DNA of 64,000 bases from assembly GCA_951804945.1 (NCBI GenBank), contig OX638152.1, forward strand, positions 63,922,001 to 63,986,000, given 5' to 3'. This document shows positions 47,394 to 60,258 of this stretch, piece after piece. The notes below the pieces were generated by a model. That model was given only the letters and a program-made list of their open reading frames with translations, did no database searches and was not told the DNA's origin. The stretch is from Podarcis cretensis. Its lineage: Eukaryota. Within the stretch, counting starts at the first letter, position 1; each line of letters begins with the position of its first letter. The position numbers and the translations under genes are program-made.

Positions 47394-50279
47394 ATTATGT
47401 CTTTATCAGCTCCTCAGATTGATGCCTACAATAATATTCAAACAAAATAAATTATAGACATAATTATTAGTATGGATGGTATTAGTATGGATGGCAAACA
47501 CTGCAAATAAATTCTAAGGAAAAATGCAAACGCCTGGAATTTCTGGACTCCAAAAAATATTGCAAAATAGATAAATTAATAGAATCCATGGGCCCTGACC
47601 TGATTTTGGTGTAATAAGTGTTTATGGAATGGGCCATAAATAGAATATGGTAAACACTCAAATCCCATAGCATTGCTACAGCTATGCATGTGAATTGGTT
47701 TCTGCCTTCTATTAGCTTCCTGTTTTAACTGTTTTATTTGTTATGTTATTTTAATGGGCTTGTTTATTGTACATTTGAATTATTGGTTTTTGTTTTAATG
47801 TTTTGTCGAAGTGGCCTTATACTGTATTTTAATTAGGTGTGGTCGTATTTTTTTAACAGGTGTTATATCTGTAAACCACTTAGAAACCATTTTAGTAATA
47901 AGTAGTAAGAGTAGCAGCACCACCAATAATAATAATAATAAACCTGGCTGCTTGTGTTGGTGTTGAACACCACCCAGACCTGATTGGGCTTTGCAAGGAG
48001 ATGGAGATTTAATTGTGGAGAGGATTGAGGAGAGATCGGATTATGAAGCCTACCTCTTTAAGTGGGATAGTGGTTCTTAAATAAAACCACAGAAAAATTA
48101 AAAGGCATTTGAATCAGTTGAATCAGTAGTGCTGCCCAAAGTGGCACACCACTACTGAATTGTCATTTTCCCGGCTGTGGCAACACTGCTTCTTTCTGAG
48201 ACTGGAATGGGGCAGGGCAGCAATGAGGGAAAGGGAAGCACTGGAATTGGCAGTGGCAATAGGCACAGAATATGTACAGGAGTTGGGAGGGCAGTTCAGT
48301 GGTGGTGCCATACCTCATGCACTATGACTGATTTGGATGAAACATTGTATGAAGTAAGGGATAGGCTTCTCCATCCAATTTCAGGGGAAAGTTTACCCAA
48401 TATTGTGGTAGTGCCAGGAAGTGTAACTCTCTAGCTTTCCCAATAGCAATGAATAATAGCATTTTACATCTAATATGTAAAAATAAATGTATGTTTTCAG
48501 AGTTACTGCTTGAGTAGAGGATTAACTTGCCCACCATCCTTCATGGCTCTAGTTTCTTTGGCGAAGCAGACTTTAGCCATCCTTTAACAACCTTGCAGGA
48601 TGTCATTCACCCTTCCCATATTTTCTTTCATTTTCAGTCCAGCCTTTTTCTAGCTGCATAATTCTCATTTCTTGTACATTCTAGAATGTGACACTAAAAT
48701 ATGATAAAGTCCATGAGATTGGCTTTTATGATACAGGACGTATGATGTCAATATAATAGAAAAGGCCTCAGTCAAGTCGTACAACCAGTCATTAGTCCTT
48801 GGGTTGGCTGTGGCTTCTAGGATAGGAGTGCATTTGGTGGGCTAATGTGACAGCTGTAGCCTTTTAATAATTCTCAGCATCCCCTGCAGTCATGTAAAAG
48901 TCTGTGTATAACCTCTAGGATGATCATTTACTGCAGATCTCTCCTGCCATTTCTGTAACAGCTTGACCCACATGATCGACGATGTAGTAGCTTAAAAACA
49001 GACAGGCTCAAAGCCAGCTAAATAATAATGCTAGAGTAATAACACAGGAGAGGAAGGTTGGTTCCATCGTTCATGCCATAGCACGGCATATTCTGTCATA
49101 AAAGTGATGGGGCTATAGACCAAATTGTCTTTTTGGAAAAAAGTCAATGGAGAAATATCACTCATGGGGCTTTGGAAGAGACAGCTGATGTTTCCTCTAA
49201 ATGGTGTGTCAAAGGCTATTTGTGGTACAACATGGCGCTAGACATTTGGTAGGCATTCCCTGTATTGAGCAAATCTGATAGAAAGTCAATATTTATTGGC
49301 TTAATTCAGTATGTTGCATTACTTTATTAGGGTCTGCTTCATTTCTCATGCTCCAGGTTTGACATTCTACCGCCAAATCAGGAGTCTAGGAGAAAACCCT
49401 CTTTCCTGAAAATAGGTACTTGTAATATCAATGTCTTCAGCTGAACTGGCCTTCCTTCCTGCACAGACTTCACAGTGGTCCACCTGCCCCATCTGCTGTT
49501 TAGAACTCTACAGCTGAGGGATCAGGGCTGGATTGCATTGAGTGCCAAGTGCCTTATGGCGCTCTGATGGAGACGATATCACAACAACCAGTCTGTGACT
49601 GAGATATTAGAGCTGATCCAAATCTGTATTGGGGTTCCATCAGGCCATTGTGACAAAGGTTGGTATTAATGAGAGGGTAATCTTGATGTCCAATTAGCAT
49701 GTAAGACATTCACTGGTTATGGTGATTTGGACCTCACATTTTGTTTTAATTTTCCTAAAAGTTTTGTTTTGATATGATATGATATGGAAACATGGCCATA
49801 GAATATTGTTTCTGCAGCTATCTTGGAATGATTATTTCTGTTTTCTTGAAAATAAGGATTGGAACATATCTGCATTTTGCATGGCCATACAGCTGAAAGC
49901 ACTATGTAGAGAGCCATTTACTTGACGGCTAAAGTGCAGATCAGTGGTGCTGGTGTTTCATAAAAGTAGTTTTTCATTTCCTTTTTCTTTCTATTTTTTT
50001 GCAATCAATGCATTGTAAATTAAATGGATAGTATCAACTAAATTTTATGCAAAGTAGACACATTTAAATTAATCAACATTTCTAAGTTAGGTCTATTAAT
50101 TTCAGTGGGTGTTCTCTGAGTAGCTGAATACCGCCCAGCTTTATTTTATTTTTATAATCCACTAACTAAAAGAGACAAACACCTTAGTTCAAATATATAA
50201 GAAGCATATACCACAGTTTGCAGTCAAATCAAGTTATGAAGAAACCATGAAATTCAGATCTGACATACTTTTAAAACCT

Positions 50280-50451
50280 AAGAGGAAGGCACACTTAGCA
50301 AACCCTCACCATGATCAACTCCTGCCCAGAAACCCATGTCCCAACTGTGGAATCCAGAATTGGCTTCCACGGTCACTTACAGACTCACTGCTAAGACCAC
50401 GTACATGAAAGACAATCTTACTCAGCTACGACTGATTGCCAAAGAGAGAGA
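50280..50451 (+). mobile_element. RTE-clade LINE 3' fragment
   Basis: Homologous to the reverse complement of 7850-8020 (gatcaactcctgcccagaaaccc...gacaatcttactc). Confidence 0.75.
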
Positions 50452-50771
50452 TTCGGAACTGGCAAGAGGGACAGAAGCAGGTTGATAATTTTAGATTTAC
50501 TGTGATATTTTCCATCCTCAGAAATACATTTCTAAATTCTGTCCTAGTGTGGGGCAGGACAGAGGAAAGGAGACCTTAGGATCATTTAAATCACAGCCAC
50601 TTCCTATACTTCTGTACCCTTTTTAGCCCAGCTCACATTGGGCTTTGATGCAGTTAAAGATTGAGGCTCTGGTGTTAAAGCTACCTCTCGGATGATGTAA
50701 CTCCCATATTCATTTATGGAGGTTGCTTACATGTTCAATGGCTTCTGGTACCCTTTCCCAAGGACCATAAA

Positions 50772-51138
50772 GGTAAAAGGTAAAGGTACCCCTGCCCATA
50801 CAGGCCAGTCGTGTCCGACTCTAGGGTTGTGCGCCCATCTCACTTAAGAGGCCGAGGGCCAGCATTGTCCGGAGACAGTTCTGGGTCACGTGGCCAGCGT
50901 GATGAAGCTGCTCTGGCGAGCCAGCACCAGCGCAGCACACGGAAATGCTGTTTACCTTCCCGCTATAAAGCGGTACCTATTTATCTACTTGCACTTAGGG
51001 GTGCTTTCAAACTGCTAGGTGGGCAGGAGCTGGGACCGAAAGACAGGAGCTCACCCCGCCGCGGGGATTCGAACTGCCGACCATACGATCGGCAAGTCCT
51101 AGGCACTGAGGTTTTACCCACAGTGCCCCCTGCGTCCC
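50772..51138 (-). mobile_element. Sauria SINE, distinct subfamily
   Basis: Full head and body with a divergent 3' half. TSD AAGGACCATAAA at 50760-50771 and 51148-51159. Confidence 0.9.
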
Positions 51139-51289
51139 TAAGGACCTAAGGACCATAAAACTGCGCCCTAAAATCCTTTCAAAGTGCTATATTTTGTGAA
51201 CACAGACTTTTGCAGACTGATTTCAAAAGAGTGGCTTGATTTGTAGGCATCTGTTGTGATCAGACTAGTACAGACTTTGATTGACATAC

Positions 51290-51305
51290 AATAATAATAA
51301 TGATG

Positions 51306-51342
<37 letters not shown>
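51290..51342. repeat. (AAT)n microsatellite
   Basis: AAT run with two GAT units. Confidence 0.95.
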
Positions 51343-51346
<4 letters not shown>

Positions 51347-52611
51347 CAAGTTTCATGATTTATTTAATGCATTAAACAAATGCTAGCTACACTATGCAAA
51401 CCTCTAATATTTTTATTCACATTCATGCTTCAGTCTCTGTGCAGTATTCATTATGCATTTTGAGACTACTGTGGACTACAAAATCCATGATTTAGTGTTA
51501 TGGTGATCAAAGTACATCTACATGGAAATATTCAGAGCCTTCATAACATCAAAAATAGCAACTATGGCAGCATAAATGGAAGCAGCTGAAATCTAATGGC
51601 GCTTGCAGATATTCTGCAGAAATCTATACCCCTGGAGAAGGTTTAATGGCAGAATTCCATATATTCGTATTCTTAATTAATATGCATAGTAGCTGAGCTC
51701 TTCCTATGTGGTTGTAAACTGAATAATCATCCAAGCCATAATTTACTTTAGAAAACAGTGCAGAAAATATGTTGTAGCACTGTAATTAGAAACTAAGAAA
51801 CTAAGCATTTAAGATTTAAGCAACATTAAAACAGATCTGATGCTTCATCTGCTGGTATAAATCAATCTTCTATAAAATATCATAACTGATTTCATGATAC
51901 AATGTTATCTGCCTGCAGTGACATTTACAAGCATGCATTAAGAATGAATGCATCCCTTACTAGTATGCTTATATGTGTCAATATTTGTCAGTTTTTTTAC
52001 TATTCAGTGCTTCTACAAATGTCCGCTTGGTCTTCTTTCAGTTAAAATGACCTTGGCAAATATCTGCACATGTGGTTCCTGGAGTATTTTCGTTAATTGG
52101 GCAAAACAAAATCAGCTGTGTAATTGATAATGGTAAAGAAATTAACTATACATTAAACTAGAGTACCAGAAAGATTAATCTACTGATGAGGCAATTATTT
52201 GGGAATTCACATAATCAATAAGTATTTAGAAAGAATGTGAACATTTTCTATTACAAGATAAATCTATGCAAATGGTGTAGGAAATCAATAAACTATTGTC
52301 TTGTGCTGAATGAGAACTATAATTTGTCATGTTCCCACATTATTAGATCTATTGTCCAAATGTCCATCGAAACTGGCTAGTGAAAGTTTATTATACAACT
52401 TTGTCCTTAAAAAACAACAACCCACCTTCTGAGGAATGAGACAATTTCCCACTTCCATTTGTTTATCGTTCTTTGGTTTTGCTGTGCCTCCAAGTCTGGT
52501 TTAAACAGGAGAATTTCTCAAGCTAATTTTGGCATTGGAGCATTTACAGCAGAATACAATGCCGGATGAGTCTCCTGAACTACTGGAACTTCCTGGTCTG
52601 CAAAACATGCT

Positions 52612-52716
52612 ATGGAAGAGCTACTTCATAATGTCTGCCACCGAGCTTTAATTGAAACATGGAAAGCTGTTTCAATTAAAGCTCAGTGGAAGACATTATG
52701 AGGTAACTCCTTCCAT
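52612..52716. repeat. Long hairpin (~48-bp arms, 8-nt loop)
   Basis: atggaagagctacttcataatgtctgccaccgagctttaattgaaaca-TGGAAAGC-tgtttcaattaaagctcagtggaagacattatgaggtaactccttccat; 4 mismatches and 1 bulge. Confidence 0.9.
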
Positions 52717-54219
52717 GGGCCTTTTTGTACACCTAGTAGGGCAGGCAGGTGTTGGTGAATTTTTTTTATAGAAAGGAAAACACAAACCACACATCTCACA
52801 GTGATAAGATGAACTTCACCTTGCACCCACCAAAATTCTAAACAAATTCTGAAGTTCCCTGCAAATAAAACAGAAAAACAGGAGGGAATTGGGTGGGAGA
52901 AGATGACTTTTGAGAAATTGGAGGACTAGCAAAGACAGTGATGAAATAGGTTGAACGATGGTCTGACTTGGTTTGAGTAAGCCTTAAATAAGCCATAACG
53001 AATAGTCATAAGAATTGCTATCATCATATGTAATGCTAAATGTACCTTAGCTTGGTTTCACTGGGGTTGCAGTTTATCAAGAAATAATAAATAAAAAAAG
53101 CAGTGAAAGAAAAACAATTTGGTGTATCTTTGCAGAACTGGCTTGCGCGAACACTACAAAAATGCAGGATCAGGATTTATATAGATGACTTAGGGCCAAG
53201 CAAAGGTGAAGAAGAAACAAAGGTAGAAAAGCTCAATGGGGCTGATGTTTACTGCTACAGGAGGTCAAAACCTCTGAAGGCGAGGCATTCAAAAGCTGCT
53301 CTAAAGATCAGTCAAAATGCAGGCAGGGGAATCTGGAAAGGACAAGGCAAGAGAAAGACATAGGCATCCCGAGCAAGTAAGTGCACCTGTGAGGCTTTTT
53401 TGAATCCCATTGTGGCTCATTAAGTAAGTAACACATTGAAGCAGACAAAGAGAAGGATGTGTAGGATAACTTCCACAGTGCAACTTTCAGCATCTGAACT
53501 TCAAGAAAGCAAATACCTGGCTGATAATAAATGAAGGGATTTCCCCCCGCCCCAAAGCTGGGATCTGCATCCTAAAAAGCACTTAAGTGATTTCTGTTCA
53601 TCTACACAATTCATCCTTTGTTTAAAGTATCACTTTGTCATTCAAACAATACAATACTTTTTATACATGGAGAATTGGGCAATGAAATTAGTGAGTATTT
53701 TAGTGAAGTTAAACAAATTGTCACCTTTATCAATGTAATACAAAGACAGCCTTCAATCTTACTTCAAACTTACCTACAGATTTTTGATGACACATTCTGG
53801 AAAAAAATACATTTAAAAGTTTATATTAAAATAAACTTGAATGAGTCAGTGGAACATAGCTAGATGGTCTTGCCTACAATGGTGATAATGTTCTTCTGCA
53901 TGCAACAGGTCCTTCATAAATTCATTTATTTATGAATAGTATATCCATTGCGATAAAAAGGAGAAATCCTATTTTTCCAGAACTCCTTAATGGTGAGAAA
54001 ATATGTAGATGTTTTCGCCATGCTCTTAGAAGAAGAATATCAAATAGCCCATTTTTTCCAGAAAAAAAGGTTACACCCATAATTGCTTAAAGTACTTAAA
54101 TGTTTGCAGCAAGTGATAAAATAATAAAATAAATAATAATAATTCAATAAGGATGCAGCCAATAATTGTCAGTAGTGATGCAGTCCTGAAAAGTTTTTCC
54201 CACTGAGCTAACACACACA

Positions 54220-54726
54220 GGAGTACTGTGTCCAGTTCTGGGCACCACAGTTCAAGAAGGACACTGACAAACTGGAACGTGTCCAGAGGAGGGCAACCAA
54301 AATGGTCAAAGGCCTGGAAACGATGCCTTATGAGGAACGGCTAAGGGAGCTGGGCATGTTTAGCCTGGAGAAGAGGAGGTTAAGGGGTGATATGATAGCC
54401 ATGTCCAAATATATAAAAGGATGTCACATAGAGGAGGGAGAAAGGTTGTTTTCTGCTGCTCCAGAGAAGCGGACACGGAGCAATGGTTCCAAACTACAAG
54501 AAAGAAGATTCCACCTAAACATTAGGAAGAACTTCCTGACAGTAAGAGCTGTTCGACAGTGGAATTTGCTGCCAAGGAGTGTGGTGGAGTCTCCTTCTTT
54601 GGAGGTCTTTAAGCAGAGGCTTGACAACCATATGTCAGGAGTGCTCTGATGGTGTTTCCTGCTTGGCAGGGGGTTGGACTCAATGGCCCTTGTGGTCTCT
54701 TCCAACTCTATGATTCTATGATTCTA
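54220..54726 (+). mobile_element. 5'-truncated young CR1 LINE (ORF2 C-terminus + 3' UTR)
   Basis: [59 protein letters not shown]...VRQWNLLP in one open frame. Ends in (ATTCTATG)n. Confidence 0.95.
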
Positions 54727-55529
54727 GGCACAGCTTGAAGAACCCCAACTCTATTACTGATGGTTTGTGACATCACAACCATTCTATTAAGTTTTTATTA
54801 TTTATTGTTTTAAAGACACTAGGGTTGACAGTGTGGAAACACATGAATTACAGGTTCCATAAAAAGTCACTGCATTTGAACTTGTTCCATGACCAGGCCT
54901 AAATTCAGTTTGGATTGGGGCTAAATAATCAGTATCATCTAAGAATGCCTGCATCCCCACCCTGCAATGATCCTCTCCACCACCAGTGTTTGTAACTAGT
55001 TAGTCCAAGGTAATTGATCCAAGTCCAGCTTTTATAGGAATGGTTGTACCACTGCCATTTTCAAGGTGGCAGGGACCACCTCATGCAATTAAATCTTAAC
55101 CAGATTCTTGACCTAACCAGTCAAACTTTCTCTGCTTGATTTAATAAGCCAAGAGGGACAGAAGTCAAGAGAGCACATGGTTGGCCACAGAATGGCAAGC
55201 ATTTTATCGGACTGTCTAAACTCAAGCATGATCCTATACCATTTCACATGCTATGACATTGGACATTTCAGTCAGGACTGCAACTGCAGAATCAAGACCT
55301 CTCCAAAGTCAAGCAACTTTAATTTGGTTGTTATTTAAATATTTATAAACCACCCTTTGGTAGAAAATATAACAAAGGTGCAGAACAGAGAAACATCAAA
55401 ATAGAGTAAAAACATCGATAAAATAGTAAAAAAGGAAAACTGGGTTCCAATGTACAGTTTTTAAAAGACATTTAAAAGAAAACAGGGATGACTCCTGCTG
55501 AACTTCAGTTGGCAAAGCGTTTCCTAAAT

Positions 55530-55665
55530 CAGGCATAGGCAAACTTGGCCTTCCAGATGTTTTTGGCCTACAACTCCCATGATCCCTAGCTAGCAGGAAC
55601 AGTAGTCAGGGGTGATGGGAACTGTAGTCCCAAAACATCTGGAGGGCTGTGTTTGCCTATGCCTG
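55530..55665. mobile_element. Palindromic hAT MITE (same family as 39055)
   Basis: TIRs CAGGCATAGGCAAAC / GTTTGCCTATGCCTG. Confidence 0.85.
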
Positions 55666-58006
55666 CTGTAACGGCTTAGTCCCTGGTGAAAGTTGACTGA
55701 ATCTGAGACATAAGTGGCCACCCAAAATGTACAGTCAACTGGTCACAGTCAGTCTTCAAGGGCTCCAACAGTCCCACCCCATAGTGGGAATCAGCAGCCT
55801 CTGGAGAACTTGTAGAAACTCCATCAGTTAGTTGTTTGAAGATGCAATGCAGGCTACAACATGCACTTTCTTTACTGCTTGCAGTGCCACATGGTAGGCA
55901 TGATAATGCACACTATGCAACCTCAGAGTGAGAGATGCACACTTCACCTAGTCATTTTATCTAATCATATTTTAGTGGAATTCTTCTTGCAACTTTACCT
56001 GCATCTTCTGTACACTTGACTGCCCTGAGATTGCCTAGGATTAAGTTGACCTTGATTGATGCAATGAAATGTTTTAAAGCACTGCTTTTCAAAAATATAA
56101 ATGATGGCTGTTTCTCCATCAGACAAAAATGGGGGGAAACCCACTTATTGTTTTAGAACAATTACTCTTGAGGACCTCCAGTTTCACTGTTGAAAATGTA
56201 CAGTGATGTTAAATAAATGTACAAGATGTTAAATAAAATTGCCTATAAAATATTGACATGCACATTAAGTGATTGCAAAATTGTATTCTGGCATGGCTCT
56301 TTTGAACAATATTTCACATCTGTACAATATATTAAAGCACTGAATTCAATTTGTCAATATAAAAGCACACAACCTCAGGCCTTCTGCAGTAACTATGCGA
56401 GTCCTGCATAGTTTGTAATTATAGTTTGTAATTAGCAAGAATGAGGTTGTGCTCTCTTCCAGTTCTTTGAACTTCTGTCCCCTTCTTAACATCTACATTT
56501 TTTTTGTTCCACAGACCCTTGTTATAGGATATATGTTCCATCTGTTTTCATTGAATCATCCACTCACCTATTTTTATCTCTTTTTTTAGAAAAATGTTTT
56601 ATTCCACCTTCCCATGATTGCTCATATTATTTGAAAGCATATATACAAAACAAGTATAAAGTAATAACACATACGAGTGCAAGAATTCAATCAACCTAAA
56701 AACAAATGGGCTTGAGATAGGTCCTTTTATGTTCAGGAGAGAAACTGTGAACCCAGCTCTTGTGTAGTTGCCTCATAAAAATGAAAGCAACCACCGATAA
56801 GTCCATATCCCTTATGGGTGGTAAATGTCGCTTTCTGAATAGAATAGCAGGTCCATAGAAGATTATCTGCATCCCTGGTTTTGGGGGTGTTTATTTTTAA
56901 GTCCTAGAGGAGGAAATAAATATGTAAAACAGGTGCCAAAGTTACCATTACAATCCTATTAGAATCAGATGCATAACTAAATTGCTAAGCCCCAATGCAG
57001 CCCAAATAAGAAAGCTCTTACATCACTGTGAGAGACTGAGGAGAAATGCTGATGTTTCCAAAGCCTTCATATGAAGGTGAAGCTTCATGACAAGGAAGGA
57101 GCAGGCGCAGGATGGGGCTGAATGCAATGTCACGAGGAAAGCGGCAGCTCTGCAGCAGAGGAAGAGGGCACTGCTTGTTTTTATTTACATTTGTAAGTCA
57201 CCTCATAAAATAATTTCCACAGGTGATGTACAGAAAACCACATGTAAATCAAGGTTAAAAATGCAATAAATTACAGTTGATTCAACATTTAATCCAACAC
57301 CAAGACAAAAGAATAATAAAAAATAAATGTTGGACACAGTAAACAAGAGACTTAATACACACAGAGGCACTGGGAACTAAAACCACCCCACTCGAGCTAA
57401 AACCACCCAATCAGCATTATGTGGCAGTGACTAATATTTAAATAGTATTAAAAGATGTTAAAACTGGCCTGAGGTCTTTGCCCCTGGGATAGGCACCTTC
57501 CATTCAGCGGTTCATGTGAGCCAGAGGAATATTTTGTATAGGAACAGAGGGATCTGTCAATGTAGGTTTCTCTCAGTTTCTCATTTTTCCTATCTTAAAT
57601 TACAGTTCCCCCCACATACACATTTTAATGTGCATTTCTCCTAAATACACATTCTTGTGCAGTATTGCCAAATATATATATTTGAGGTTGTACAAAATAT
57701 TACCTGCGGAGCACTGAAGAGTTCTTGATAGATGGATTGATAAAGTACAGCAGCAGAGAGTTGTCGTAGGTTTTTTTAACTGAAAAGTTTCATTTAAAAA
57801 ACAAACAGAAACCCTATATTGATCTGCATTAAAAAGAACAGACCGAGAATAAAAACATCAAGAGCTCTACAGAAAGCATTCTGGACAACCTAACTTTGTG
57901 GAGGACGCAAAGAGAACTGGTGTGAAGCTTGAAATGTCTTTTTAAAAATATGCAAGCAATAATTTATATCATTTGCCAACCTCTTAATTGTTACAAGATA
58001 AGAAAG

Positions 58007-58093
58007 GCTCCCTCAGCCTGTAAAGCGAGATGAGCATCACACCCCCAGAGTCGTCTGCAACTGGACTTAACTGTCAGGGGTCCTTTACCTTTT
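58007..58093 (+). mobile_element. 5'-truncated Sauria SINE
   Basis: 3' tail only. TSD TAAGAAAG at 57999-58006 and 58094-58101. Confidence 0.8.
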
Positions 58094-59611
58094 TAAGAAA
58101 GAACAAGAAGCAAATCTCTTCTGGAGGAAGGAAACCCCTTTCAACTTCTTCCACATAAAGCCCCTGGTTCTATTCAGTAGGCTTAATCCACATGGAGCTG
58201 CCCTTGTGCCTGTAAATTTTGCCCCAAAGTGGGGAAATTCTATAGACATTTTTGGATTCCCCATTATATAGTGAATGGAGAAAACAAATCCTAATTTTAT
58301 ACAGAGCCATTTGGACCCATAATTACAGAAGTGGAAAAAGTACAGGGCAACTCAGAAACAATTTTTTAAAGGCACAAATGCAGACAAAGTAAATCTAGGG
58401 GGCCCTGCACACCCCTGGCTACCAGCACCCCCACTTCTTCTACAGTCTCCCGGCACCCAAAGGTAAGCTGGAAATTTCTGTTCCCCATGCAGTACTGTTC
58501 CCCATGCAGTGCTGAGGCTTCTAGTGAGCAAGTTCATTATTCCCTATTAATGAAGCTTCCTTACAACTCAAAAATAGAGTGATAGTTCAGAGGCAATAAA
58601 ATACCAAGGTTTTCCCAATAAGTGTTTAATACTTTTGGAAAAGAATCTCTTTGAGACAAATTGTGACAAGAAGGTCAAGGGAGGAGTAAAAAGAGCTTCT
58701 TCTGTGGTTTTTAGTGTGACATGTTTTATGGATGACCCCGCAGTCTACTCACAAGTATAGCTGAACTTCAGCTAAAGCTTTAGCATCAGTGTTCATTAAA
58801 ATGGTAATAAAACTGTTTGCTCTCTTCATCCCATTTCAAAGCCCACAGCATTCTGGAGATATTTACACATGCCATATGGCCACACAGAGTATTATAAATT
58901 TCCACTGGAGAGGTTTTAGAATTCTAAGTTCTGTTCCCTTCAAAATGCCAGAGGAATCACAAATGCCTTAAATAACCCAAACATTTACCTTATCTATGTC
59001 TTTCTGTTTTATACCTCATTCTCCTTTCCTCTCCTTCATGTTTTGATTAAGATCTGTACAGTGAGTTCTCCACTAACTCTTGTGAATCACTTCCTCCAGT
59101 AGTGGAACTGTTCCTTCTCTCCCAGACTACTGTCAAGAGTCCTGGGATTTCTCACTATTGCAATGATTTTTTTAAGCTGTTGCTGCTGGCTCAAGGGTAG
59201 TTGTTTCTTAAAATGTGCCTACAACATCTCTTAGTCTTCTCTCTATGAGGCTAATCGTCCCATTGAAGAGAGGACCTCAGCATGGTAGCCAGTGTCAGGG
59301 GTTTCTTCATTGTTTAAGCCTTGGCAGGTCCTGACTCTGTCAGGCACTATTTTCCCCTCTAACTTTAACCATCTTCAGACATTCAGAAGAAAGCATGAGG
59401 GTTGAACCTGGGGCATGCACAATTCCCCCACCCCAATGTATTTGTGTGCACTGCCCTGTCCCCTCAGCTCCTGATGTCTGCAAGGAGATTCCAGTTGTTC
59501 AGCTGAATGTGTTTAGAATCCTCCTTTCACTATGAATGCAGAGAGGATTCTAATGGTCTTCATCTGAACCTGGTTAGAATCCCCCTTCCCAAGACTTCTA
59601 CAATGAATGCA

Positions 59612-60258
59612 TGAAGGTCAGAAGTGGAGCATATTGGTTTTGGGATCAAATAAGGCCGCAGCTTTATTGGTTACAGATGCACCCCCCCCCCAATTGAAGG
59701 AGTGGTATGATCCTAGCCCCCATCTGGGATTGGACAAGACCCACTCTTCCCAGACCCTTTTAACAGGATACCCTTACCCATGGAGGGGCAGGCAGAGACT
59801 ACAACCTCCCCTCCAACCAAGACTAGGCTTACCCAATGTCTATCCGCCTTATAAAGTTGTGACGATTGCTGTGAGGAAGGCAAAAACCCAAATGGTGGTG
59901 CCAATTAGCCAAGCGGCAAAAATTCCTGACCAGCCCCTGAATACTAGGCAATTCACATTGTCCATAGCAAGGTCGTAGCACCTGTGGAAAAACCCTAATC
60001 TGAGGGTGGGTGAACTGGTGCAGTGAGAGATGCCAAACGGCCTCGTAGGCCTGGTATTTAAACTTCCCCTGGATGTGGTGCCAAGGGCTGTAATTGGTCG
60101 GTTGGTCCTGTGCTCAGGGGAAGGCACCTAACTCCTGCTGCCATTGGGCCATTTGGGGATAGGAAGATGATCCGGCCTGTGATAGGCTGGTTTACCAGGA
60201 AGGTCTGGGGCCCACCCACAAAGTCACCCGCCTGATAAGGGGCAGACTTACTCTTACA
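59612..60258 (-). mobile_element. Putative solo LTR (Gypsy/ERV-like)
   Basis: Minus strand begins TGTAAGAG. CCAAT and TTTAAATA promoter-like motifs near 60055-60097. CAATAAAGCTGCGGCC poly(A) signal ~50 nt from a ...TTCA end. TSD not evident. Confidence 0.55.

Noticed and set aside
48120-49760. Possible decayed LINE or endogenous viral sequence (e.g. FLKIGTCNINVF near 49402, short open frames)
   Set aside because: Only isolated motif-like peptides, with no colinear domain motifs that I can support without a profile search.
54302-54649. 115-aa ORF as a host gene
   Set aside because: It is the C-terminus of CR1 ORF2 in a 5'-truncated copy.
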